32,000 nucleotides of DNA from Promethearchaeota archaeon (GTDB taxonomy: Archaea; Asgardarchaeota; Lokiarchaeia; Sigyniarchaeales; Promethearchaeaceae): contig JAFGBS010000009.1 in the NCBI GenBank assembly GCA_016933055.1, positions 750,001 through 782,000 of the forward strand. Direction: 5' to 3'. Below the pieces are notes generated by a model, which did not search any database, was not told the DNA's origin, and worked only from the letters and a program-made list of their open reading frames with translations. Of the stretch, positions 18,651-28,575 are shown piece after piece. The position numbers and the translations under genes were made by a program. Numbering within the stretch: the stretch's first letter is position 1; each line of letters starts with the position of its first letter.

Positions 18651-20681
18651 TTATTTCTTATCTAAATTATAAATAGTTTTAAAACCTTCATGGATTGCCT
18701 CCATTAGCGTTCTTGGTTTCTTGCAATCCCCAATTCTATACAATTTAGAAGATAAATCCATCTTCTTTAGTTCATTATACAAATTCTGGTTTGGGCTAAC
18801 CCCCGTGGCTAAAATAAATGTATCGATATGTTCCAAGGTTTTTTCTTCTTCATTGTGGGTGAAATGTACACATTTTCCCTCAAATTTCGTGATATTGGCA
18901 TTCGTAATTACTTCTATTCCTAAGTGCTTAATTTCATCAAGCATCGTCCAACGGGTGCTCTTTCCAATACTCGTTCCTATTCTTGGAAGCAACTCCAGAA
19001 TTGTAACGTTACGCGGTCCTCTGAATAATTTCTTCATAATTTCATCCTTGGGAAGTACATTATAAAAACTCAGAAAATGGGCTACATCAGGCTTCATAGC
19101 TCCCTTTCTGGCAATCCAAATTGCTGTTTCCACTCCTGTGGCAGCACCTCCCACCACCACAACGTTTTTTCCAATCGGATGGTCACCCGCAAGAGCTTCA
19201 TCTGCAAAGCAGATATCACTTCCTAGTGATCTATCAATCCCTTTGATGGGGGGGATAGAAAATTTGACTCCCGTTGCACAAATGACCACATCCGCGTCAT
19301 AATCCTGCACGAATTCTGGAGTAACATCAAATCCCAATTTGAGATTGATTGGTAGATGTGTGATTTGATTTGAATAATATTCATAGATCTCTTTCAAATT
19401 TTCCCGACCAGGGGGTACAAAAGAAACATTCAATTGTCCTCCAATATCGGCCTTTTTATCGACAATCAATACATCATGTCCTAAAAGAGTAGCAACTCGC
19501 GCGGCTTCCAAGCCCGCAGGACCAGCTCCAATGATCAGTATTTTTTGCGGATTTTCGGTTTGGTGAGACAAATCGTATTTTCCTTCACGAGAGACAATAA
19601 AGTTCCTCATGCATTGGATTTCTTCCATTTTGAACACTGCATCAAAACAACCTTGATTGCACCCCACACACTTCATAATATCCCAAAGTTTACCCTTCTT
19701 GACTTTTTGAGGTAAATAGGGATCAGCAATCAGGGCACGCCCCATGCAAATCGCATCCGCTTGTCCATCGCGCAAAATGTGTTCAGCTAAAACAGGAGAG
19801 TTAATTCGATTACTAGCAAAAACAGGAATATTAACTAAATTTTTAATATTTTCTGCAAGGTAAACGTATGCTCCAGGGGGTACTTGCATGGTTATTTGGG
19901 GTACTCGAGTTTCATGCCAACCCCCCGTAACATTGATCCAGTTTATTTTCTCTTCCGCGTATAGTTTGGCAATTTTAGCTTTTTCCACATACGTATTACT
20001 TCCGGGAATAAAATCATCTCCAGAAATCCGAATTCCAATCGTATAATCATCCCCCACTCGTTCCCGAACTCTACGAATTAATTCAATCGGAAATCTAACT
20101 CGATTTTCCCACGATCCCCCATATTCATCTGTGCGGTTGTTGGTTAAGGGGCTCAGAAATTGATCCATTAAATATCCGGCACTACTAAGCAATTCTACAG
20201 CATCATAGTGTGCTCTTTTCGCTCGTAGTGCGGCATCTGCAATAATATCTTGTACTTCATAAATTTCATCAATACTCAATGGACGAGGAGTGGATTTGGC
20301 AAATCTGGAATATACTGCAGATGCAGAAATTGTTTCTAAATCGGAGGAAAAATTAATTGCATATCGACCAGCATGATATAACTGAGCGGCGATTTGAGTA
20401 TCATAATCGTGGATCTTGTCTGCAAGACGTTGTAATCCGGGAATGAAAGAATCATTCTCAATGCTCACCATAGAGGGACCTCCTCCACGTTTTTCAACTG
20501 AGCATCCTCCAATAATGATTAAACCGGCTCCCCCTTTTGCTCTCTCCTCGTAAAAGTTGACTATTTGGTCATTTATTGTTCCATCTATGCTATAATTGAG
20601 ATGCATCGCTGGAACTATAATACGATTAGAAATTGTAACAGAATGTAAGTTTAAAGGCTCGAAGAGCTTGATGAATTTCAT
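18651..20681 (-). CDS. fadH: 2,4-dienoyl-CoA reductase-like flavoprotein (OYE TIM barrel, 4Fe-4S, FAD domain)
   Basis: RAKGGAGLII, QLYHAGRYA, GYLMDQFLSP, GGWHETRVP, CVGCNQGC..C cluster motif and IIGAGPAGLEAA. Confidence 0.85.
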   Translation of the reverse strand: MKFIKLFEPLNLHSVTISNRIIVPAMHLNYSIDGTINDQIVNFYEERAKGGAGLIIIGGCSVEKRGGGPSMVSIENDSFIPGLQRLADKIHDYDTQIAAQLYHAGRYAINFSSDLETISASAVYSRFAKSTPRPLSIDEIYEVQDIIADAALRAKRAHYDAVELLSSAGYLMDQFLSPLTNNRTDEYGGSWENRVRFPIELIRRVRERVGDDYTIGIRISGDDFIPGSNTYVEKAKIAKLYAEEKINWINVTGGWHETRVPQITMQVPPGAYVYLAENIKNLVNIPVFASNRINSPVLAEHILRDGQADAICMGRALIADPYLPQKVKKGKLWDIMKCVGCNQGCFDAVFKMEEIQCMRNFIVSREGKYDLSHQTENPQKILIIGAGPAGLEAARVATLLGHDVLIVDKKADIGGQLNVSFVPPGRENLKEIYEYYSNQITHLPINLKLGFDVTPEFVQDYDADVVICATGVKFSIPPIKGIDRSLGSDICFADEALAGDHPIGKNVVVVGGAATGVETAIWIARKGAMKPDVAHFLSFYNVLPKDEIMKKLFRGPRNVTILELLPRIGTSIGKSTRWTMLDEIKHLGIEVITNANITKFEGKCVHFTHNEEEKTLEHIDTFILATGVSPNQNLYNELKKMDLSSKLYRIGDCKKPRTLMEAIHEGFKTIYNLDKK

Positions 20682-20811
20682 ACATTCTTTGTGTGTTTCT
20701 GCTTTTTTGAAATTTTACAAATTCTAGAGACAAACCTTTTTTAGCCTTTTAAATCGAGTTAAATCAACTACATGTGATATGATAGTGGAATATTGAAGGA
20801 TTTGAAAACAA

Positions 20812-22167
20812 ATGGTAAAATCAATGTTTAAAGCTCTAGGTCTTCCTAGGGGGAGAGAGCCTGTTATTGTGGATTACACAAGAACCGCAATTGGTAAAAA
20901 ACGAGGTGGCTTACTTCGTAGGATCCGAGGGGATGATTGGATTGTTCATTGCATTAAAGAACTTGCAAATCGAAATTTCGAAGGGTTAAATCTTGAGAAA
21001 ATGGGTGAACAGGGACTGGTTGATTGTTTAGTTGGTAATAATTCTCAGATTGGTGCAACTGCACTTGATGTTGGAAGAACTGCTTTACTATCATCAGGTC
21101 TCCCTTGGACTATTCCGGGGGCATCTGTTAACCGACAATGCTCTTCTGGGATGCAAACTGTATATTTTGGATGGCAAGAGATTGTTACAGGTGATAAAGA
21201 AATTGTATTCGCTGGTGGCGTAGAAGCACAAACTGTATATCCGATAATGGCGGATTTGAATGTGTCTATGGGTGCTTATGTTCAAACAGTCCCCCCTAAT
21301 CGAAAAATAACCGAAAATCCATATGTAAGGGCTTCCGAGGAAAAATATGGTCATCCAATGGCCGGTCAGATTGAGGGCGCCGAACTCATGGGACGCGTAT
21401 GGAATGAAAAAATAGGAAATTCACGGGAAGAATTCCGACTTGAATTAGATCAATTATCGCTTCTTTCCCACCAAAAAGCCTTAAGACCATCTGCAATCGA
21501 AGCACGAGGTCGAGAAATTACTCCTATCAAAGTTCCTAAGTTAGATGAGAAAGGAGAACCAATTCTAGATGAAAATCATCAGATGATAGACTCTGAAACG
21601 GAGATAGCCGATGTGGATGAAGCCCCTCGACCAGATACAAGTCTCGAGAAAATGCAGAAACTCAAAGGTATCGTAAAACGAAAAACAGGTTACTTAACTG
21701 CAGGGAACTCTTGTCCCGAATCCGATGGCGCGGCGTGTTTGATTCTCACATCACGGGAATATGCAGAACAGAATTCCCTGCCTATCCGTGGTACCTTAGA
21801 AAATTGCTTTGTTATTGGAACTGATCCGATACTCATGCTTACAGGTCCAATAGCTTCTACCAAAGGATTAATGAGAAAAGCCGATATTAAATCGTTGGAT
21901 GAGATGAAGTTCATTGAAATAAATGAAGCATTCTCTACGGTTGTGAAAGCAAGTTCCTATGAGTTGGGATTGGATTGGAAAGATCCCCGATTTAATCAAC
22001 ATGGAGGTGCAATAGCAATTGGGCATCCAACTGGAATGACTGGAACACGCCTAATAGGTACAATACTCCACCAATTGGAAGATGCCCAAGAAGATGTCGG
22101 CTTAGCAACTCTATGTATCGGTTTGGGGATGGGTTTTGCCGCAGTTGTGAAGCGAGAAGGCGCATAA
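20812..22167 (+). CDS. Thiolase (acetyl-CoA C-acyltransferase)
   Basis: Catalytic NRQCSSGMQ, NEAF, GGAIAIGHPTG and LCIGLGMG. Divergent from fadH. Confidence 0.92.
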   Translation: MVKSMFKALGLPRGREPVIVDYTRTAIGKKRGGLLRRIRGDDWIVHCIKELANRNFEGLNLEKMGEQGLVDCLVGNNSQIGATALDVGRTALLSSGLPWTIPGASVNRQCSSGMQTVYFGWQEIVTGDKEIVFAGGVEAQTVYPIMADLNVSMGAYVQTVPPNRKITENPYVRASEEKYGHPMAGQIEGAELMGRVWNEKIGNSREEFRLELDQLSLLSHQKALRPSAIEARGREITPIKVPKLDEKGEPILDENHQMIDSETEIADVDEAPRPDTSLEKMQKLKGIVKRKTGYLTAGNSCPESDGAACLILTSREYAEQNSLPIRGTLENCFVIGTDPILMLTGPIASTKGLMRKADIKSLDEMKFIEINEAFSTVVKASSYELGLDWKDPRFNQHGGAIAIGHPTGMTGTRLIGTILHQLEDAQEDVGLATLCIGLGMGFAAVVKREGA

Positions 22168-22189
22168 ATCAGAAATTTAAAGCAGAAAA

Positions 22190-22209
22190 TTTTTTTTCTC
22201 GATTTTTTT
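22190..22209 (+). terminator. Putative oligo-T terminator after the thiolase gene
   Basis: T8 and T7 tracts 23-42 nt after the stop codon. Confidence 0.4.
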
Positions 22210-22302
22210 CTGGTTTAATATTTCTCTAAATTAATTATTCCTTTTAAAACACTTAATAGGTAGCTTTTTCAAAAGTTAAGCTTATGTTTAAGTGAGAGAC
22301 AT

Positions 22303-22968
22303 ATGAGTATTAAAACAATTAGTGCAAAAGGGATGAGATGGTTAGTATGGTCAATATATTTCATTATGCTCGTTACAATTATCATCTCGTGGGTGTTTTA
22401 TCCAGTAAGATATGATTTCTTCTACGAAGCGACAAGCGTATTGGGCGGACTTAGTACGGGAAATGCTGAACTCCCAAATTTTCCTTCGTGTCTAATTTTT
22501 TCCATAGGTTTTGGGATATTAGGAGCTATGGCAACTTTTATTGCAATAGCGTATTTTAGGAATTCTAAACGGTTTCGATTCGCAATTGTAAAAGGTGTTT
22601 TACTTATAGTAGTGGGCTTAGGTGCGATTGGTATTGCGGTTCCACACGATTTCGAACCACTTAGGATATTCCATATTATGGGAGCATTCATGTTCTTATC
22701 AGGCATTGCAGTACTCAATTTTGCATTCCAGTTACTTCATTGTATCTCCCTATATAATCCACAATGCCCAGATCGCGATTTGGATTATTATATCGATTAT
22801 ACATTTGTGGTATTATTAATTATAACAGCAGCGGTGTATTTTACCACGGAAATTTTATTTTATTTCTGGCCTGCATTCCCATGGATTCAACCTCCACTCG
22901 CGCAAAAAACTGTGTTATTCACAGCAGTAATTGCCGCAGGTCTTCTGGATTTGGATGATATTAAATGA
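22303..22968 (+). CDS. Hypothetical membrane protein (about 5-6 TM, DUF998-like pattern)
   Basis: Hydrophobic helices with a SVLG motif after TM1 and PHD..HIMGAF. The family call is tentative. Confidence 0.65.
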   Translation: MSIKTISAKGMRWLVWSIYFIMLVTIIISWVFYPVRYDFFYEATSVLGGLSTGNAELPNFPSCLIFSIGFGILGAMATFIAIAYFRNSKRFRFAIVKGVLLIVVGLGAIGIAVPHDFEPLRIFHIMGAFMFLSGIAVLNFAFQLLHCISLYNPQCPDRDLDYYIDYTFVVLLIITAAVYFTTEILFYFWPAFPWIQPPLAQKTVLFTAVIAAGLLDLDDIK

Positions 22969-23395
22969 AAATCTCATTGAAATTTTACATAGACATCTAT
23001 TGACATATACAAATTAGAAAAATCATGCAGCTGATATTATTGAGAACAATGTGGCAATTTAATAACCAATATTGTACCCACTACTCTATATAGTATGAAC
23101 TACGGTAAAATTCTATCCGAATGAGTGTTGGATAGGTTCTTTTAGATTAAGCTTGCCTAGTAATTACATAATCCAATACTGAATTATTGACGAATTTTTC
23201 CACAGTTATCCTATTTTGGTACAGTATAAATTCCCAATCCATTCGTAAAATTGGGTACTTCCTTGGAACAACCCTAATAACCGTTTAAGGATCGGTATAA
23301 ATTCTAATTACTCAAAATTTGGAAATAGTAATCCTATTTGCTCTTTCGAATGAATAATTCAAGCAGCAACAAATCAAGAATTCTAAATGACAGAT

Positions 23396-24226
23396 TTAAC
23401 CGACTAGAAATGAAGCCACCATCATTCCATAATAGGTTGGGGATTTTCTAATCAATACTTTCCTCCTTATTTGATCTTCACCTAAGATGCCTTGAAGCAT
23501 TAGCATTCCCGTAAAACCGCAACAGAGTGCTTTATCCAAATGAGAATAGATCTTTGAAGAAAGAGTTGGATCGTTATATCCAATAATCCATTTCTCAACC
23601 AATCGGTCAAAAAGCTCTGCATCCTTGTAATGACCATATGGTCCACTTTTTTCATGAGTATGAGCCAAATCTGCACTTATTATTACAACAATTCGCTTTT
23701 TATGCATACTAATAATTTTACCAAGATGAGTTCCAAAATCCACCGTTATTGATATAAAATCTTTAGAAACTTGAGACTTTTTCTGAGGTTGGGATATAAA
23801 AACATAGCGTAAATCTGAAAGATCCCTCAAAAACCATAATGGGACTGTTTCTCCCCAACGTAATGGAATAGGTTCACGTCTAGAGAAAGCCATAATTCTA
23901 TCAACCGGCAGACCATAATTCTCTAAATAAGTAAGTAACTCTTTAGTGAAATCTAGATCAATGGTAACATGAACCTTGTAATCTTGGTACTCACCATTCC
24001 ATTCAGCTGAACCACTAGCATATTCGTTGTAATACAGTCCAAAATCCTTAGCTAGGGAGATCCCATGGGGAGATGTGATTATAATCACATCAGGATTTAG
24101 TTCGGTAATTTTGTTTGCGATTTGGATCATAGCTTGTTTAACTTCATATCTTCCATCAGATTGGGATGGTGATGCATCCAAAATAAGTGCTCCATGTGGC
24201 ACAATAAATGCAGCAGCTAGGACCAT
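23396..24226 (-). CDS. LigB/class III extradiol dioxygenase-like (Memo/AmmeMemoRadiSam A N-terminal-like) protein
   Basis: VPHG, IITSPHG, WGETVPL, SADLAHTH, CCG and YYGM. A GGAGGT Shine-Dalgarno-like site lies at 24233-24238. Confidence 0.78.
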   Translation of the reverse strand: MVLAAAFIVPHGALILDASPSQSDGRYEVKQAMIQIANKITELNPDVIIITSPHGISLAKDFGLYYNEYASGSAEWNGEYQDYKVHVTIDLDFTKELLTYLENYGLPVDRIMAFSRREPIPLRWGETVPLWFLRDLSDLRYVFISQPQKKSQVSKDFISITVDFGTHLGKIISMHKKRIVVIISADLAHTHEKSGPYGHYKDAELFDRLVEKWIIGYNDPTLSSKIYSHLDKALCCGFTGMLMLQGILGEDQIRRKVLIRKSPTYYGMMVASFLVG

Positions 24227-24771
24227 ATTAAGACCTCCTTCCTTACCAAATAGATTTGACTAATTTACTAATGTATTGAAGAAAAATTTATGCCACACAG
24301 AAATTAGAACATATAGTCCCTTTTTCTACTTCAGAAAAATAGTAACATTTTTTAATAATGCGTCATGGGAATCTAATGGGAATATGAAAATGGTCGCTCA
24401 AAAATTTACTGCCTTCATTAACAATTACTGGTATTTAGCGACCATTCTTAATATGGATTAGTTCCGCTAGGTTCCAAAAAACGCGACCATAAAAGCATAC
24501 TCCCAACTGCGCGGAACATGATTCATTTTCATTTTAATCCAATAATCTGAAAAGGTCAATAAAAACATACTGAGACTGCTCGCTAAATCTCATACAATGC
24601 CGAGAATTCATAACCAAGGGATGTAGGACTCGTTACATGGCTGAAACGTGTCTTAGGTGAAAATAATCAGCACAAAACCCCCTACTTCTTCTAAAAAAAC
24701 TCATGCTAACCTAAAATCGTGTTGAATAGCACCACCCAACCATCCCTCATTTTTTTCTATCTTGCGAGTAT

Positions 24772-24846
24772 GGGACCGTTGTGTAGCTTGGGAGCACCCC
24801 CATCCGTACATGGGGCAGAACGGAGGTTCAAATCCTCCCGGTCCTA
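24772..24846 (+). tRNA. tRNA-like element with a non-canonical anticodon arm; identity undetermined, possibly a pseudo-tRNA
   Basis: Acceptor GGGACCG/CGGTCCT plus A, D arm GTGT-AGCTTGGGA-GCAC and T arm GGAGG-TTCAAAT-CCTCC. The anticodon hairpin CCCCATCCGTACATGGGG gives a 6- or 8-nt loop, not 7. Confidence 0.65.
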
Positions 24847-24853
24847 CTTAATT

Positions 24854-25654
24854 TCAATAATTCAATTCAAATCGTTTTCGTATCATTTTTTCGATAAATT
24901 TCTGTGGCATGTAACGCATAAAAAATCCCATCAATTTCGCATTTTTCCCCGTTGTGTAATGATATTTAGGATGTTTGAGTTTGAGTATTTTCATAACTTG
25001 TTTTGCAATAACTTTAGGATGAACAGAATTAGTCAGTTGGCGTCTTCGACTTGCTCTTGCTTTTTCAATCTCGACTCGATATGGTGAGTCTTTATTGTAG
25101 TCTAAATTTTGAGTAATTGAGGTATTAGCATACAGCGGAGCTATTGCAATTACCATAATATGATATTTCGCAAGCTCATTCCGTAGTCCTTGTGTAAATT
25201 TATCGAATGCTGCTTTAGATGCGGCATAAATGGTGGAAAATGGCATTGGATTCGTACCTGCCATGGAAGTAATATTTATAATAACACCTTGTTGTTTTTC
25301 GCGCATTTTTGGAATAAATCCTTTTATCAGTCGAATTTGAGAAAATAAATTCGCATCAAAAATCTCTTGTATTCTATCGAAAGTGATTTCTTCAACAGAT
25401 CCGATTTGTGAATAACCCGCATTATTTATTAGAAGATCAAGGGAACCAAGTTGAGCAATAACAGCATCGATAGTTTTAGGTAGCAATAAATCCATCTTGA
25501 GAAAATTAACCCCCGGTATTTTATTAGTCTCAGATAAAGAATCGGGATGCCGAGAAGTTCCAAATACCTCATAACCTTCTTGTACTAAACTTTTAGCTAT
25601 TTCATGACCAATTCCCCGGGAGGCACCAGTTACTAGAGCCTTTGGTTTATACAT
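24854..25654 (-). CDS. Short-chain dehydrogenase/reductase (classical SDR)
   Basis: TGASRGIG, NNAG and YAASK. Confidence 0.92.
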   Translation of the reverse strand: MYKPKALVTGASRGIGHEIAKSLVQEGYEVFGTSRHPDSLSETNKIPGVNFLKMDLLLPKTIDAVIAQLGSLDLLINNAGYSQIGSVEEITFDRIQEIFDANLFSQIRLIKGFIPKMREKQQGVIINITSMAGTNPMPFSTIYAASKAAFDKFTQGLRNELAKYHIMVIAIAPLYANTSITQNLDYNKDSPYRVEIEKARASRRRQLTNSVHPKVIAKQVMKILKLKHPKYHYTTGKNAKLMGFFMRYMPQKFIEKMIRKRFELNY

Positions 25655-25687
25655 AATGATACTTTTAAAATGCAGAAATAAAAGAGT

Positions 25688-26965
25688 TTAGGTGAATTTT
25701 AATGATGTAGTGTTTTTTTGAATTAATGCCCAGTATAAAATACCTACTATGACCAGCATTACTTCAAAAAAGATCAGCGGAAAAAAGGGATTCGTCACAT
25801 CTGCAACTAGTCCAAATAATGGAGGTCCTAAAACAGCGCTCCCGATCGTAAAGAACTTATAAATACCTATAGCTGAACTCTTCTTCTCTTCTGGGAAGTA
25901 ATTTAGACTCATAGTATCGTTCGATTGAATAACTGCGGAATTTAATATTCCAAATACTACACCTGCTATCGTAAACAAAACTATCGTTGGATCGATAAAA
26001 ATCAATACCAAAATAATGGAAGCGGGTATTCCAAGAAAAAATACAAAAGGAATTACTTTTTCTAAACGGTTACGAAAAAGTATAGGTATAAAGATATATG
26101 TACCTACGTCAGCAACTACAGGTGGTAAAAACCATAACCCAGCTAACGGACCAGATGCTCCAAATTCATCCAATATAATGTCAGTCCAGTAAATTCCTGA
26201 GCCAAGAAATACCATTGAGGAAAAGAAATTGATCATTATAAACCCGGTGAATTTTGGATCTCTAAACAGTTCGACTACAATTTTTAGACTCCTTTTCTCT
26301 GGATCATCTTCGATATCTACCTTCAGAGTCGAATCAAATTGAACAGGATTATCATGGATATTCAGAAATACATTCAGGAACGATAATAACACTATCCCAT
26401 CCAAAAACAAAAAGCTATATCGACTTTCGAAAAGCGTAAAAATCGCAGGACCAAATAATGATCCCATTAAATAACCAATGAGCATCGCGGCTGATATATA
26501 CCCGATAGGTCTACCCCTCTCATTCTCAGGGTAATAATCATTTATAAGAGCAGTTACTACTCCAATGAATGAATTTGTTCCTAATAATAATCGGGCTACG
26601 TAAACAATCTCTAAAGAAGTAGTGAAGAATAAAATAATAAACGATATTACCGAAAAACTAAAACTCAGTAAAAGAGTTTTTCTTCGCCCTAGTTTGTCAC
26701 TCCATAATGCTAAAGGAATGATCAAAATAAGTTTTCCAAAATTATAAAACGCTCCCGCAAGAGTAAACGCTGTATTTGTTCCGGAAAACCCACCAACTAA
26801 GGATTCATACGCGGAAAGTGGTGTTTTTGCTAACACAATCATAGTGGCTTGATTTACCATGTTTTCCACGATGATTATAATGATGAAACCGAGTGTCGCC
26901 CTTCTCCTTAATCGAAGGTACTCAGAATTCTTTGGGTGCATTGAATTACTGAAATCCTCTACCAT
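25688..26965 (-). CDS. Major facilitator superfamily transporter
   Basis: About 12 TM helices, MFS motif A (WSDKLGRRK), VARLLLG and ERGRPIG. Confidence 0.9.
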   Translation of the reverse strand: MVEDFSNSMHPKNSEYLRLRRRATLGFIIIIIVENMVNQATMIVLAKTPLSAYESLVGGFSGTNTAFTLAGAFYNFGKLILIIPLALWSDKLGRRKTLLLSFSFSVISFIILFFTTSLEIVYVARLLLGTNSFIGVVTALINDYYPENERGRPIGYISAAMLIGYLMGSLFGPAIFTLFESRYSFLFLDGIVLLSFLNVFLNIHDNPVQFDSTLKVDIEDDPEKRSLKIVVELFRDPKFTGFIMINFFSSMVFLGSGIYWTDIILDEFGASGPLAGLWFLPPVVADVGTYIFIPILFRNRLEKVIPFVFFLGIPASIILVLIFIDPTIVLFTIAGVVFGILNSAVIQSNDTMSLNYFPEEKKSSAIGIYKFFTIGSAVLGPPLFGLVADVTNPFFPLIFFEVMLVIVGILYWALIQKNTTSLKFT

Positions 26966-27026
26966 ATCCTTTCCTTTATAACTTGGAAGATAAAATTTAT
27001 TTTTTCTCCGAATGATTACTTAGACC

Positions 27027-28538
27027 ATGAATGAGTCGTTCACGAAAATCGCCTATATTGGAGCAGGAAGTTTTCGTTTTAGTTCGGGATTATTTCTTGA
27101 CATTTGTCGAGCTAAGGAACTTTCCCCCCTCGAAGTCGCATTGTGTGATATAGATCCACGGTCTCTTTACATTATGGAAAAAATGTTTATAAATATGGCC
27201 AAAAAAGCAAAAAGGCTCAATGGTATCGACATAAAGATTAGAAGTACTACCAATCGCGAAGACATTCTGGAGAACGCAGATGTCGTATACAAGTCGATTT
27301 CTGTAGGAATCCAAGAAGCAGAATGGTATGATATCCATCTTCCGTACAAATTAGGGATTCCTCAAAATACAGGAGATACAGTCGGACCTGGAGGAGTGTT
27401 CCGAGGATTACGTACCAATCCCGTTGTTGCAGATATAGCACGGGACATGAAACGCCTCTGTCCAAAAGCAATGTTACTAAATTACACGAATCCTCAAGCT
27501 ACTACAGTATTAGCCGCACACACAGTAGCGCCTAATATACAATACATTGGGCTTTGTCATGAACTATTCGGAGGAATGAAAACCCTTCAATCCTTTTTCA
27601 ATAATAAGCTGAATTACACCATACCAGAGTGGCAAGATTTTGATTTTGAATACGCAGGTGTTAATCATTTTGCTTGGATAACGAAACTGTATTACAAAGG
27701 TGAGGATTTATATCCCAAACTGCGAGAACATGCTCATGGATTATATTTAAAAAACTATAAAAATAGAGGATTTAATTTCCATTTATTAGAAAAATATGGT
27801 TGGTATCCCTATCCTGGATCGCGTCATATTGCTGAATTTTTACCAGATTATTATAATTACTTTAACCATAAAATTCAAAGTCCACATTGGAAATTTCCCG
27901 TACTCCGAAATGTGAGATTACTGGAAACAGCAAGAAAAGCAGCTTATCTTATTTTTAAAATCATCGGAACTGGATTGTGGATCCCAAAACCGAGATCTAG
28001 TGGAGAACTTGCAATTGAAATGACCACTGCAATGTTGAGCGATGTTCCTACTAAATTTGTTGTTAATCTTCCTAATGCAGGTGGCATTATACCGCAATTA
28101 CCGGATGATTCTGTTGTTGAAGTACCAGCTGTATTTAATGATGGAAAAATCGCGCCTGTTTCTCCTATTAATATTGATCCCACCATCGCAAGTCTTTTGC
28201 GATCACATGCAGAACAACACCGGTATACGGTAAGTGCGGCTTTGGGAAATGATCTCGATCTTGTCGTGAAAGCGATGCTTCATGATCCTATGAATCAGTG
28301 GATAGAGGATCCAGATCGTATCGAATATCTAACTAAATTAATGCTGTATTATGAACAACGATGGCTACCCGATGAATGGAAGGAATGGATACCGAAAGAA
28401 CAGGAATTAAAAGAATCCAAATGGTGGGTATCTCCCAAGGATTTAAGAAAATTAGGTAGAAAATATAAAGAAAAAAAATTCTCACTTACCCAAAACCTAA
28501 AATCCAAAGCCTATTTCGATTCTATGGTATTTGATTGA
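27027..28538 (+). CDS. Glycoside hydrolase family 4 (NAD+/Mn2+-dependent, MelA-like alpha-galactosidase/glucosidase)
   Basis: KIAYIGAGS, GDTVGPGG.FRGLRT, NYTNP, GLCHE, GVNHFAW, RHIAEF and VVEVP. Divergent from the MFS gene. Confidence 0.9.
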   Translation: MNESFTKIAYIGAGSFRFSSGLFLDICRAKELSPLEVALCDIDPRSLYIMEKMFINMAKKAKRLNGIDIKIRSTTNREDILENADVVYKSISVGIQEAEWYDIHLPYKLGIPQNTGDTVGPGGVFRGLRTNPVVADIARDMKRLCPKAMLLNYTNPQATTVLAAHTVAPNIQYIGLCHELFGGMKTLQSFFNNKLNYTIPEWQDFDFEYAGVNHFAWITKLYYKGEDLYPKLREHAHGLYLKNYKNRGFNFHLLEKYGWYPYPGSRHIAEFLPDYYNYFNHKIQSPHWKFPVLRNVRLLETARKAAYLIFKIIGTGLWIPKPRSSGELAIEMTTAMLSDVPTKFVVNLPNAGGIIPQLPDDSVVEVPAVFNDGKIAPVSPINIDPTIASLLRSHAEQHRYTVSAALGNDLDLVVKAMLHDPMNQWIEDPDRIEYLTKLMLYYEQRWLPDEWKEWIPKEQELKESKWWVSPKDLRKLGRKYKEKKFSLTQNLKSKAYFDSMVFD

Positions 28539-28575
28539 AATTAATTGATAAAATTTTATAAGAAAAAATATTTTT

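Noticed and set aside
22969-23395. Stop-poor minus-strand frames in long intergenic gaps (also 12719-13210 and 24227-24771), suggesting stop-codon recoding or selenoproteins
   Set aside because: The stops are a mixture of TAA, TAG and TGA. About 5 stops in 135 codons for the best of six frames is compatible with chance, and there is no Sec-type motif or SECIS.
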